Origin: Candidatus Eiseniibacteriota bacterium
GTDB lineage: Bacteria > Orphanbacterota > Orphanbacteria > Orphanbacterales > Orphanbacteraceae
DNA: 55,621 nt
NCBI GenBank assembly: GCA_043809585.1
Contig: JBDROZ010000115.1
Coordinates: 1 to 55,621 of the forward strand
Reading direction: 5' to 3'
Position numbers and translations under genes: made by a program. Shown here in pieces: positions 1 through 9,262 of the stretch. Each line of letters starts with the position of its first letter. The stretch's first letter is position 1. Below the pieces are notes generated by a model. The model saw only the letters and a list, made by a program, of their open reading frames with translations, had not been told where the DNA came from and ran no database searches.

Positions 1-142
1 AGCACGCCATCTGCGACAGTGCTCGCATTCACCAATGCTCACATATCGTTGGATATGCTCTGCTTGGTGAATGCTGCGCGCTGCCGCATCTGACGCACTC
101 TCACGCGTTTGTTCTCGAGATTTTATGAAAGATCAAGGCTAA
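1..142. mobile_element. Partial copy of YTAG-flanked MITE-like hairpin element, truncated by the window start
   Basis: 1-137 is an inverted copy of 55295-55432; 25-75 matches 55357-55407 at 50/51 nt. It contains the hairpin GCATTCACCAA..CATATC GTTG GATATG..TTGGTGAATGC and ends in GATCAAGG-CTAA. Confidence 0.75.
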
Positions 143-200
143 TTGTACCACCGGAGCAAGACCAAGGGACACAATAGTCGCGAGGGAACGAGGGGGAACG

Positions 201-245
201 AGGGACAGTCACCTATTCTTCTCCGGGAAACGGGTGACTGTCCCT
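201..245. repeat. REP-like palindrome of GGGACA...TGTCCC type
   Basis: Perfect 13-bp arms AGGGACAGTCACC (201-213) and GGTGACTGTCCCT (233-245), just downstream of the PorV-like gene stop. Confidence 0.8.
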
Positions 246-251
246 AGTTTG

Positions 252-1244
252 TCATGCCTGCCGACCCCAATTCACCGACAAGCGATGACTCGCTCCGAAT
301 GAAGCATCACTCTCGTCGATATACGCGTAGTCGAACCCGAGCCAGTACAATCGCTCGACCCTCAGACCGCCGCCGATGGAGTATCTGTTCTCCCGATGAT
401 CCCGACCGATATCCGAAATGCCGACACGCAACGCCCAGTGAAAGCCGCGCGGGAGGTGAAGTCCGATCTCAGCGCCGACATGATAGACAGTTTCATCGTC
501 CTCGGTCTTCTCCAAATCCGTCGCCAGGAGGGCGCTCACGACTGGATCGTAGAGGTGGCCTAGGGGATTCACGCAGATTCCCGCGCGAAGATTGTACGGG
601 AGCTCGTCGTCACCGATCTCCGAGTGGACGTCCTGCACGGCGAACCCCAGGTCGACCCATCGCCCCAGATCGAGAAAGGCCCCGAGATCCGCGCCGCTCC
701 CCGATTCGGATTCGCCGTCAATCTCCTGAATGAAGATCTTGGGAGACGAGAGTCCGAGACCGACCGGTCCGAATTGAAAGGCCACCGAGGGGAGCAGCAA
801 GTAGTCGACAATGCCGAAATCGCCGTTATTCCCATCCACACCGTTCCGGCTCTCGAAACCGTTCCAGCCGGCCCTCTGCATTCCGAATCCGATCGCTACG
901 GATCGCCAGCTCTTGGCGAATCCGAGGAATTCGTGATAACGATCGAACTTCATACCGACGCTGCGCATATAGGTGAGAGCAAGGCCCCGGACCCGCATCA
1001 TCCTGGCCGGATTCCACATGGTGGCGGTCGGATCATCCGCGACTGCAACGTACGCCCCCCCCATGGCCATGGCTCGGGCGCCCACTCCGATTCGACTGTA
1101 GGAGGCAGCGTGATTGCTGTCGGCAAGCGGCGACTCGACCGAGCCCATCGACAACGCGCCGGACAGAATCGCCCAGCGGATCAACTGACATCGCCCATTG
1201 ATCGACAATTCTCTACCCTCCCGTTGTTGCTGGACGAGCATCAC
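252..1244 (-). CDS. PorV/PorQ (UPF0164)-family outer-membrane beta-barrel protein
   Basis: Motif GVGARAMAMGGAYVAVADDPTATMWNPA, amphipathic beta strands and C-terminal HRLSVNW. Start uncertain (1244 or 1241). Confidence 0.8.
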   Translation of the reverse strand: MMLVQQQREGRELSINGRCQLIRWAILSGALSMGSVESPLADSNHAASYSRIGVGARAMAMGGAYVAVADDPTATMWNPARMMRVRGLALTYMRSVGMKFDRYHEFLGFAKSWRSVAIGFGMQRAGWNGFESRNGVDGNNGDFGIVDYLLLPSVAFQFGPVGLGLSSPKIFIQEIDGESESGSGADLGAFLDLGRWVDLGFAVQDVHSEIGDDELPYNLRAGICVNPLGHLYDPVVSALLATDLEKTEDDETVYHVGAEIGLHLPRGFHWALRVGISDIGRDHRENRYSIGGGLRVERLYWLGFDYAYIDESDASFGASHRLSVNWGRQA

Positions 1245-1429
1245 TGCCCCACCGCGATCTCCAGACGTTTTCCGACCGCCCGAGCATGGACAGGAAACGC
1301 CGTTTGTCGATTTCTATGATATCACAACCATCGAGTTGCGCTCGTAGGTTCGGGTCCGGGGACGCAGTTCCGTTCGTCCCGCAATTCGCGTCAACGGAAG
1401 CGACGGGACAACGTCCCCGGGCCCCGGGA

Positions 1430-2827
1430 CTACTCCTCTTCCGCCCGCGCCTTCCTCGGGTTCCTCCACACCTCCAGCACCCTCTCTCCCTCGACCTCGT
1501 ACTCTTTCTCCAGCACCCAGCTCTCCCGGATCGCGTCCTCGCGGACTTCGCCCCAGGCGCCCCCTCGAAGACCGCGGATCCGGAAGTTGTCGTACACCCA
1601 CGGTACGAGGATCGCGTACTCCCCCTCTTCGGGGTCGCCGTGGCGGACGTCGATGGTGCGGGGACGGACGTAGAGGGGGCTCTTGAACGGAAGGGCGTCG
1701 ACGACGACGAGGCCCTCCGCCGAGGTCATTTCGTTCACGAACGCCGTCGCTTCGGTGTAAATCCTCTCCCTCTCCCTGTAGTCGCGAATCTCGACCCACG
1801 ATCGATGGCCGCCGTAGAGGACCGTCGCGGCGGCGGCGAGGGACGCCAAGAAGCGCATGCGGCTCGCCGCTCCGACCATCAGCGTCCACGAGGCGAGGGC
1901 CGCGAGGGGGACGGCGGCGGGGAGGAACCAGTTCATCTGTTGATGCTGGCGGCGCCAGAGGAAGAAGAGCGTCCAGAGAAGCAGAAAGAGCCATGGGGCG
2001 CGGAAGGAACGGGGAAAGCGCCCGCGGAGGAGGGGCGCGCCGAGCGCGAGAAGCGGGAGGGTCGGGGGGACGAGGCGCCCGAGGTCGGCCCAGTCGAGAG
2101 GGAGGCTCCGCCAGAAGGTCATCTCCCGGAGGAGCCGGACATCTTCGAGGCGAAGAAAGAGAAGGGGGAAAAAGGAGACGACGCCGAAGAAGGCGATCTC
2201 CCCCCACGTCCGCTTCTCCTCCTCCGGTCCGGAGCGGAGCCGGTCGTGGAGAAGCACGAGGAGCACGGCGGCGGGGAGGATGAACGACGTGTACTTCGTC
2301 GCCCCCGCGAGGGCGGTCACGATCGCGGCCCCCCGGAGGGAAGTCCGGCGCGATTCGGCCCGGACGAAGAGGAAGAGCGCCCCCCCGACGAGGGCCGCCT
2401 GGAACGGATCGACGAGGAGGGCCGCCCCGAACCGGTGGGCGAGGGGGAACGTGAGGGCGAGGTAGCCGGCGAGCATGCCGGCCCGGTTTCCCCCCCGCTC
2501 CCGGGCGATGCCGTAGGCCCAAAGGGCGAGCAGGGCGCTCGCGAGAATCGACAGGGCCCGGTAGGCGAAGAAGCTCTCGCCCAGGATCTTCACCACGCCG
2601 CCGGCGACGAGAAAGAAGAGGGGCGGGTATTGCCACGCCGTCGGGTGGAGAAGCGCCGCGATGTCACCGTGCGGAAGGGACTCCCGGGCGACCCGGAGCA
2701 CCTCCGGATACCAGAGGAACTCGTCCCACCAGACGAATTTCAGATCCCGGTTCCAACCGAACGCGACCAGACCGGCGATGAAGAGAAGAAGGGGAAACCA
2801 GAAGGCGGTGCGGTCCGGTCGGCTCAT
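1430..2827 (-). CDS. GT-C fold glycosyltransferase family 39 (ArnT/PMT-like) membrane protein
   Basis: WDE motif after TM1, YPPLFF, multiple TM segments, GATKYT. Confidence 0.8.
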   Translation of the reverse strand: MSRPDRTAFWFPLLLFIAGLVAFGWNRDLKFVWWDEFLWYPEVLRVARESLPHGDIAALLHPTAWQYPPLFFLVAGGVVKILGESFFAYRALSILASALLALWAYGIARERGGNRAGMLAGYLALTFPLAHRFGAALLVDPFQAALVGGALFLFVRAESRRTSLRGAAIVTALAGATKYTSFILPAAVLLVLLHDRLRSGPEEEKRTWGEIAFFGVVSFFPLLFLRLEDVRLLREMTFWRSLPLDWADLGRLVPPTLPLLALGAPLLRGRFPRSFRAPWLFLLLWTLFFLWRRQHQQMNWFLPAAVPLAALASWTLMVGAASRMRFLASLAAAATVLYGGHRSWVEIRDYRERERIYTEATAFVNEMTSAEGLVVVDALPFKSPLYVRPRTIDVRHGDPEEGEYAILVPWVYDNFRIRGLRGGAWGEVREDAIRESWVLEKEYEVEGERVLEVWRNPRKARAEEE

Positions 2828-2833
2828 GGAACG

Positions 2834-2842
2834 ATGATAGCA
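2834..2842 (-). promoter_or_regulatory. Extended -10 box (TGcTATCAT), probable leaderless promoter of the GT39 gene
   Basis: TATCAT ends 6 nt upstream of ATG 2827 and no SD is visible. Confidence 0.5.
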
Positions 2843-2876
2843 GGATGGGGGGAAACCGGATCCCGTTTTCCTTCCA

Positions 2877-3020
2877 TCTCCTCTTCTGCACTCGGGAAAG
2901 TGCGAGATGGCCTGCGGGGTTACGGAATCATATTGGTGGACAGGAATCGCCGAGGACCGACGGGCGTCCTCGTAACCGGAAGCTCGGGCTCATCCAGTCC
3001 CCCGCTCATTCCAAAGTGAC
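2877..3020 (+). repeat. Composite intergenic element, copy 1
   Basis: TCTCCTCTTCTGCAC...GGACAGG..CCAGTCCCCC-GCTCATTCCAAAGTGAC. Colinear with 30930-31065, and the 17-mer 3004-3020 is identical to 30902-30918. Confidence 0.75.
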
Positions 3021-3050
3021 TATCCGAGGTGTTGCGGCGGACCATCCAGA

Positions 3051-3554
3051 CTAATATTTTCCGTCGAAGAGCCGGTAAACCTCCCCTTCGGTCCAGGTCT
3101 CGAAGAGGCGCTCCCGGATGCCGTCGTAGCGGAACATCTCCGCCACGCCCCTGTAGATCTTGAGGTACTGCTCCGGCTCGAAGGCGGAGCCGGCGACGAC
3201 GATGAAGAAGTGGACCTTCCCGCCGTCCGGCGCGTCGAACTCGTACCCCTCGTGAGAACGGGCGAAGCCGAGAATCGTCTCCTTTACCTGCTGCGTCCGG
3301 AAATGGGGGATCGCGATGCCGTGACCGACGGCGGTGCTCGCCTTCTTCTCCCGGTTCCAGAGGTCCTTGAAGAGCTTGCTCGCGTTGCCGACGTTGCCCG
3401 TCGCCGCCAGGAGCCCGGCCAGTTCCCCGATGACGGCCTCCTTCACCCCCTGGACATGCTTCGCCCTGTCGTACTCCTCCTCCTCGGGAGGATCGACGCG
3501 CGCCTCCAGCTCGAAGCGGATGAAACCGCGTTGCAGATAGGGAGAGAGGCGCAC
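3051..3554 (-). CDS. PTS EIIA domain protein (fructose/mannitol/Ntr type)
   Basis: RE..ASTAVGHGIAIPH phospho-His motif. GTG start with AAGGAG SD; forms the C-terminal part of ORF 3051..5315. Confidence 0.9.
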   Translation of the reverse strand: MRLSPYLQRGFIRFELEARVDPPEEEEYDRAKHVQGVKEAVIGELAGLLAATGNVGNASKLFKDLWNREKKASTAVGHGIAIPHFRTQQVKETILGFARSHEGYEFDAPDGGKVHFFIVVAGSAFEPEQYLKIYRGVAEMFRYDGIRERLFETWTEGEVYRLFDGKY

Positions 3555-3695
3555 GGCTCGGGACTCCTTCCACGGGATTTCGGGATCGCCCTCATCGTCC
3601 AAAGAGAGTATCGGAAAGATCCGCGTCCACTCAAGGGAGACCGGCGGCCCGGAACGGACCCGCGCTCCCTCGAAGCGGTTTTGCGGCCTCCTTTC

Positions 3696-3704
3696 TGCTA
3701 GAAT
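3696..3704 (+). promoter_or_regulatory. Extended -10 box TGcTAGAAT upstream of the DUF2270-GT4-GT4 unit
   Basis: AT-rich consensus-like motif in a GC-rich divergent gap, about 50 nt before the GGAGG-preceded GTG at 3756. Confidence 0.45.
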
Positions 3705-3755
3705 CCGGCGGGGCGCCTCCCGGCGGGCCGGGAGGGGATCGGAGGAGGACCGGCC

Positions 3756-4469
3756 GTGAACGAATCGGAAGACCCGGGAAAGAACTTCGAGGACTACCCG
3801 CTCACCCGGGCCGAGTACATCTCGGCTCTCGTCCACCTCTACCGGGCCGAGCTCCAGCGATCCACGGACTGGCGTCTCCGTCTCGACCACACCACGAACT
3901 GGGCGATCATCGCCACCATGGGCCTCCTCTCCTTCACCTTCGGGACGCCGGACCACCCGCATCTCGTGCTCGTCCTCGGTATGTACATGGTGCTCACCTT
4001 CCTCGGCCTCGAGGCGCGGCGGTTCCGCTTCTTCGACGTCTGGCGGATGCGGGTCCGCATGATCGAGGAGAACTTCTACGGGCCGATCCTCCGCCGGGAC
4101 CTGGAAAGCCGCCACGGCGGCTGGGGGAGGCTGGTCGCCTCGGACCTCCTGGAGCCGAAGTTCAAGATGACCTACGCCCAGGCGTTCCGGGCACGGCTCG
4201 TCAGGAATTACATACCCCTCTTCGCGGTTCTCCTCCTCTCGTGGCTTCTGAAGACCGTCATCCACCCCGTCGACATCGGTCAGGGGGGAGCGTGGCGGGC
4301 CAACCTCTCCATCGGGATCATCCCCTGGTACGTGCCGATGCTCCTCGTCGCCGCGCTCTACGGGATCCTTCTCTATTCGATCTTCTTCGTCGAACAGGTC
4401 CGCCCGCCGGAATCGGAGTACTGGGAGCACATCGGGGATGCGGAGGGGGTGGGCGATCTGGATGTATAG
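3756..4469 (+). CDS. DUF2270-family membrane protein
   Basis: HLYRAE..R...WRLRLDHTTNWA and EARRFRFFDVWR..RVR.IEEN motifs. Confidence 0.85.
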   Translation: MNESEDPGKNFEDYPLTRAEYISALVHLYRAELQRSTDWRLRLDHTTNWAIIATMGLLSFTFGTPDHPHLVLVLGMYMVLTFLGLEARRFRFFDVWRMRVRMIEENFYGPILRRDLESRHGGWGRLVASDLLEPKFKMTYAQAFRARLVRNYIPLFAVLLLSWLLKTVIHPVDIGQGGAWRANLSIGIIPWYVPMLLVAALYGILLYSIFFVEQVRPPESEYWEHIGDAEGVGDLDV

Positions 4470-4493
4470 CCTAGAGGGGGCGGTCGGATCGTC

Positions 4494-5621
4494 ATGAGAG
4501 TCCTCTTCCTCAACAACTCGTTCGGCACCGGCGGGGCGGAACAGCTCACCCTCGAGATCGTGCGCCGTCTTCAAGGGGACGAGTTCCGGTTCCACATGCT
4601 CTGCCTGAAGGGGGAGGGGAACCTCGCCCCCGAGATGCGAAAGCTCGGCGTGACGGTCGACGCGGGGTTCCTCCGGGGGAAGTTCGACCTGCTCGGTCCC
4701 CGGCGGGCGGCGCGGCATCTCCGGGGAGAGGAATTCGACCTTCTCTTCACCGGCGTCGGGCGGAACCTGCTCTGGGCGTCGGGCTATCTCGCCCGGACGC
4801 TCCGCATCCCGAAGCGGATCACGGCGGTCCACGCCACCGGCCACTGGGGCCGGAGCAAGATGTTCACCGGCGACCAGGTGCGAATCCTCAGGCGCCTCGA
4901 CGGCGTCATCGCCTGCGCGGCGACCCAAGGGGAGTACCTGGTTCGCGAGGAGGGGGTGGACCCGTCGAATCTGACGGTCATCTTCAACGGCGTGGACCAC
5001 GAGAAGTTCCGGCCCTGGGACCGGAGCGGTCTCCCCCCCGCCGAGGGGGCGCCGGCGCCGGGCGAAAAGGGGGTCGGCGTGGTGGCGTCGCTCACACCCG
5101 AGAAGGGGCACGACGTCTTCGTCGACGCGGCGGCCCTCACGATCGAACGGGTGCCCGAGGCCCGTTTCCTCGTCATCGGCGAGGGGCCCGAGCGGGAGAA
5201 GATCGAGGGGCGCATCCGGGCGAAGGGGCTCGAAGGCATCGTGCGCCTCCTCGGGCGGCGCCGGGACCTCCCGACCTTCCTCCCCCGTCTCGACCTCCTC
5301 GCGCTCCCCTCCCACCCCTTCCGGGAGACCCTCCCCATCTCCACTATGGAAGGGATGGCGTGCGGGCTGCCGACGGTGAACACCGACGTCGGGAGCGTCC
5401 GGGACCTGGTCGTCGACGGCGGGACCGGGCGGATCGTCCCCCCCGGCGATCCGGGGGCGATGGCGGAGGCCTTCGCCCAGATCCTCGGCGACCCGGCGAT
5501 GGGGGCCGCCCTCGGGAGGGCCGGTCGGAGACGGATCGAGGAGAAGTTCACCCTGGAGCGGACCGTGGACGATTACCGGCGCTACTTCCTCCGCGTCGCC
5601 GGCCGGGGGGCGGAGGCGTGA
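4494..5621 (+). CDS. Glycosyltransferase family 4
   Basis: GGAEQ, IFNGVD, PEKG and ETLPISTMEGMACGLP (EX7E). Confidence 0.92.
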   Translation: MRVLFLNNSFGTGGAEQLTLEIVRRLQGDEFRFHMLCLKGEGNLAPEMRKLGVTVDAGFLRGKFDLLGPRRAARHLRGEEFDLLFTGVGRNLLWASGYLARTLRIPKRITAVHATGHWGRSKMFTGDQVRILRRLDGVIACAATQGEYLVREEGVDPSNLTVIFNGVDHEKFRPWDRSGLPPAEGAPAPGEKGVGVVASLTPEKGHDVFVDAAALTIERVPEARFLVIGEGPEREKIEGRIRAKGLEGIVRLLGRRRDLPTFLPRLDLLALPSHPFRETLPISTMEGMACGLPTVNTDVGSVRDLVVDGGTGRIVPPGDPGAMAEAFAQILGDPAMGAALGRAGRRRIEEKFTLERTVDDYRRYFLRVAGRGAEA

Positions 5622-6853
5622 GGGTCCTCCAGATCAACAAGTACCACTACCTTCGCGGGGGGGCGGAGCGGTACTACTTCGAGGCGAGCCGCCTCCTGGA
5701 GAAGGCCGGGCACGAGGTGGCGTTCTTCTCGATGGAAGGAGAGCGGAACCGGCCGACCCCCTGGTCGAAGCACTTCCTCCCCGAGACGGACTACCGGCGG
5801 GAGGCCTCCTTCCCCGCACGGGTGCGCGCCGCCGGGCGGGTCATATGGAACGGAGACGCCTACCGGTCGGTCCTCGCCGTCGCCGCGGAGTTCCGGCCCG
5901 ACGTGGCCCATCTCCACAACATCGCCCACCAGCTCTCCGGGTCCGTCGTCGCCGCCCTCCGCCGGGCCGGCGTCCCCGCGATCCAAACGCTCCACGACTA
6001 CAAGCTCGCCTGCCCTTCGTACCGCCGCTTCCGGGACGGGAAGCCGTGCGACGCATGCCGCCGCTACCGTTTCTGGAACGCCGTGCGCTATCGGTGCGTG
6101 CTCGGGAGCGCCCCCGCGAGCGCCGTGGCCGCGGCGGAGACCGCCGCCTATCGGGGGACGAAGCTCTACGAAAAAGGTGTCGCCTTCTTCCACGCGCCGA
6201 GCCGGTTCCTCGGCGACGTGATGAAGGGCTACGGATTCCCGGCGGAGAGGATCGTCCACTTCCCCTACACGCTCGACATCGGGGAGTACGAGCCTTCCGA
6301 CGAGGAGGACGGGACGTTCCTCTTCTTCGGCCGCCTCTCCCCCGAGAAGGGCCTGCCGGTCTTGCTCCGCGCCGCGGCCCGTTTCCCGGAGGCGAGAATC
6401 GTCGTCGCCGGGGAAGGACCGGAGCGGGAGGGGATGGAGCGGGAGGCGAAGGCGAATGGTCTCTCGTCGGTCCGATTCGCCGGGCACCTGGGCGGGGAAG
6501 ATCTTCGGAAGGCGATCCGCTCCTGCCGGGCCGTGCTGCTGCCGTCGGAATACGACGACAACTCGCCCCTCGTCATCTACGAGTCCTTCGCCTACGGGAA
6601 GCCGGTGATCGGCGCCGAGCGGGGGGGCATTCCCGAGATGGTCCGGGCGGGCGAGACGGGGCTCCTCTTCCCGCCGAGCGACGGCGAAGCCCTCGCCGCC
6701 GCCATGAAGACCCTCCAGGGCGACCCCGGCCGCGCCCGCCGGATGGGGGCGGAAGCCCGCCGCCGGATGGAAACCGTCTACGGTCCCGACGCCCATCTCG
6801 AGAAACTGCTCGCGCTCTACGAACGGGCGATGGCGTCCGCGACAACAGGCTAG
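5618..6853 (+). CDS. Glycosyltransferase family 4
   Basis: GTG start overlaps the previous stop (GTGA). Motifs NKYHYLRGGAERY, TLHDYKLACP, GRLSPEKG, DNSPLVIYESFAYGKP. Confidence 0.92.
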   Translation: MRVLQINKYHYLRGGAERYYFEASRLLEKAGHEVAFFSMEGERNRPTPWSKHFLPETDYRREASFPARVRAAGRVIWNGDAYRSVLAVAAEFRPDVAHLHNIAHQLSGSVVAALRRAGVPAIQTLHDYKLACPSYRRFRDGKPCDACRRYRFWNAVRYRCVLGSAPASAVAAAETAAYRGTKLYEKGVAFFHAPSRFLGDVMKGYGFPAERIVHFPYTLDIGEYEPSDEEDGTFLFFGRLSPEKGLPVLLRAAARFPEARIVVAGEGPEREGMEREAKANGLSSVRFAGHLGGEDLRKAIRSCRAVLLPSEYDDNSPLVIYESFAYGKPVIGAERGGIPEMVRAGETGLLFPPSDGEALAAAMKTLQGDPGRARRMGAEARRRMETVYGPDAHLEKLLALYERAMASATTG

Positions 6854-7071
6854 CCCCGGTTTTCCAAGAAACTCACACGTCCTGTGCCGACTCGGGGAGC
6901 CAGGGGGTTGGGGCTGAGCGGCGAGTTCCGCAGCGCGCCGGCCTCATCCTGTGTGGCGGGACGCCTCGATGCCTGGGCCGGCGCGCGAGGACTGTTTGAG
7001 CAAGCCAGCCCTGATCCCCTGGCTCCCGCCCACCGAATTCAGGGCCGCAGGTTCTGCAAGATCGAGACTAG
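6850..7071. mobile_element. Degenerate MITE-like insertion flanked by a CTAG duplication between convergent GT4 genes
   Basis: CTAG at 6850-6853 and 7068-7071, imperfect TIRs (CCCCGGTTTTCCAAGAAACT / AGGTTCTGCAAGATCGAGA), and 7008-7070 recurs at 55157-55219. Confidence 0.65.
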
Positions 7072-8156
7072 GCGACCGGGAAGAGCCGATCGAAGATCTC
7101 GCGCCACGCGGCGGCGACGGCGGAGTACGAATGGGTTTCCCGGACGGCGAGCGCCTCCCGCCCCATGCGCCGGCGAAGGTCGTCGTCCTTCAGGAGCCGG
7201 AGCATGGCTTCGGCGAAGGCCTCCACGTCGTCGCAGTCGTCGATCACGAAGGCGTTCTTCCCGTCCACCGCGACGTCCGCCATGTCGCCCACGTTCGACA
7301 CCACGCAGGGGAGCCCGCACGCCATCGCCTCCAACACCGAGATGGGGAATCCCTCGGACCGGGAAGTGAGCGCGAAGATACGGCCCTGGTTCACGGTCCT
7401 CGGCACGTCGTCGAGCCAGCCGAGGAAGTCGACGGCGCCGGTGAGATCGAGCTCGTCCGCGAGGCGCCGGAGCTTCGCCTCCTCCGGCCCGCCGCCGCCG
7501 AGAGCGGCCCGCAGGTCGGGGATCTCTTCGCGCACCCGGGCGAGGGCGCGGAGCATCACCTCCAGATTCTTCACCGGAAAGAGCCGGTTCGTCGAGACCA
7601 CGTGGTAGGGCTTCTCCACGCCCTCCATCGGGTGGAACCGGTCGATGTCGGTGGCGTTCGGGATGACCCGGATCGTCGAGGCGTCCACACCGTATCCGGC
7701 GAGGTGTTCCTTCGTCTTCGACCCGGTCACGGCCACCACCTCGCACCGGCGGAGGGCGAAGAGCGCGACGGGACGCATGAACCTGCCCAGGTAATGGATC
7801 TCCCGGCTCCCCGCGACGATGCTGACGCCCGAGGGGCGGCCGGTCAGCGTCGCCGCCGCCCACGCCACCATGCCCGCCGGCCAGAGATGGATGCCCTGCA
7901 CGAAGTCGATCTTCCGCCGCCGGACGGCCCGCACCGCCTGGCCGATCCGCCAAAGGGAGCGGAAGAACCAGGGCAGGGCGCGCACCGCCTCAGGAAGAGC
8001 CACGACCTCGATCTCGGGCATCGACGGGAGAGGGGCATTCCGGAGGAGAATGACCTCCACGTCGGGGCGCGCCTCGAGGAGCCCCCGGAAGTGGTCCCGC
8101 GCCGGCTGGTCGACCCCGAACGAAAACCCCATGTTGTTCACCTGGAGTACCTTCAT
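7068..8156 (-). CDS. Glycosyltransferase family 4
   Basis: IPNATD, RLFPVKN, SEGFPISVLEAMACGLP. ATG overlaps the CapA stop (ATGA). Confidence 0.92.
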   Translation of the reverse strand: MKVLQVNNMGFSFGVDQPARDHFRGLLEARPDVEVILLRNAPLPSMPEIEVVALPEAVRALPWFFRSLWRIGQAVRAVRRRKIDFVQGIHLWPAGMVAWAAATLTGRPSGVSIVAGSREIHYLGRFMRPVALFALRRCEVVAVTGSKTKEHLAGYGVDASTIRVIPNATDIDRFHPMEGVEKPYHVVSTNRLFPVKNLEVMLRALARVREEIPDLRAALGGGGPEEAKLRRLADELDLTGAVDFLGWLDDVPRTVNQGRIFALTSRSEGFPISVLEAMACGLPCVVSNVGDMADVAVDGKNAFVIDDCDDVEAFAEAMLRLLKDDDLRRRMGREALAVRETHSYSAVAAAWREIFDRLFPVA

Positions 8157-9262
8157 GACCCCTCCAGCGTCCATGACGCGTCGACTTCGTCCGCCCGGAG
8201 CGTCGGAGCGCCTCGGCGGAGTCGCTTCCGAAACAGGTAGAGCCAGCTCGCCGGCGGCACGTGAGACGGATTCCGGCGCACCCGCGCCCTCATCTCTTCT
8301 CCCGCCCGGCGGCGCTCGCTCCAGGTGTGAGGCGTGTAGTCGTTTCTCGGAAACCGGAGCAGGTCGTCCATGGACCGTCCCGGAACGAGGCTCTCGTGAA
8401 ACGCTTCGGCGGACATCTTCTCTCCCGCCGGGACGGGACGATAGGTTTCGTCCAATCGGAGCGGAAGAACGGTCGCCTCCGGTGCCGCGCCCCGTTCGAT
8501 CGGGATCGAGGCCGTGAGGAGGATCCCCTCCTGGGCGAAGGGAATCCAGTCCATGTCGAAGAGGAAGTTGCCGAGGTTGTAGGCGATCACCCCGTCCTCG
8601 AACACCTCCACGGATTGGACCGTGTGCGTGTGGTGGCCGAGGACGGCCCGGACGCCGGCGCGCACGAGGGCCCGGGCGAAGGCGATCTGCTCCTTCGACG
8701 GGAACCGGACGAACTCGGCACCCCAGTGGAGGGAGACGACCGCCGCGTCGCACTCCTTCACGAGCGCCTCCGCCTCGCGGAAGATCGCGCCCCCGTCATG
8801 CTCGAAGGGGTCGTCCTTCGGGGTCCGGACGAAGTTGTGGGCGAGGAAGCCGACCCGGACCCCCCCCCGCTCCACGATGGCCCGCGTCCCCCGGCCGAAG
8901 GGGAGCCCCACCGGCTCGATCCCCGCCGCCGAGAGAATCCTCTCCGTCTCCCGGGGGGGGCCTTCGCCGTGCTCCATCATGTGGTTGTTGGCGAGGGCGA
9001 GAACGTCGAAGCCTGCCTCCTTCATCGCATCCACGATCGACGGATCGCCGAGGAAGGGGCGCCGCCGGTTCGGGCCCGCGGAAACGGGGCACTCGAGGTT
9101 GCCGAAGAGGAGCCCCTCCCCTCCCCCGAGGCGGGGGGCGATCTCTTCGAAGAGATACGGGGATCCCCGCTTCCGGGCGAGGGAGCGGACCCCCGTCCCG
9201 ATCTTCATGTGCGTGTCGCCGACCATCATGTCGCCGACGGCGCGGAGCACGATCTTCCTCAA
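8153..9262 (-). CDS. CapA/PgsA-family metallophosphoesterase-fold protein
   Basis: VGD, GNLECP, LANNH, SLHWGAE, GHHTH and YNLGNF motifs. Confidence 0.9.
   Translation of the reverse strand: MRKIVLRAVGDMMVGDTHMKIGTGVRSLARKRGSPYLFEEIAPRLGGGEGLLFGNLECPVSAGPNRRRPFLGDPSIVDAMKEAGFDVLALANNHMMEHGEGPPRETERILSAAGIEPVGLPFGRGTRAIVERGGVRVGFLAHNFVRTPKDDPFEHDGGAIFREAEALVKECDAAVVSLHWGAEFVRFPSKEQIAFARALVRAGVRAVLGHHTHTVQSVEVFEDGVIAYNLGNFLFDMDWIPFAQEGILLTASIPIERGAAPEATVLPLRLDETYRPVPAGEKMSAEAFHESLVPGRSMDDLLRFPRNDYTPHTWSERRRAGEEMRARVRRNPSHVPPASWLYLFRKRLRRGAPTLRADEVDASWTLEGS

Noticed and set aside
181-204. Short tandem GAACGAGGG units as a CRISPR remnant
   Set aside because: The units are too short, with no spacers and no cas genes.
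1286-3019. Long alternative-frame and antisense ORFs throughout (e.g. 1286..3019, 10274..12529, 28520..31264, 38528..41179)
   Set aside because: They are shadow ORFs of high-GC genes, rich in Arg/Pro/Gly or repetitive, and overlap genes with clear family motifs.
8153-9262. Poly-gamma-glutamate capsule synthesis
   Set aside because: Only a CapA-like gene is present, with no CapB or CapC in the window.
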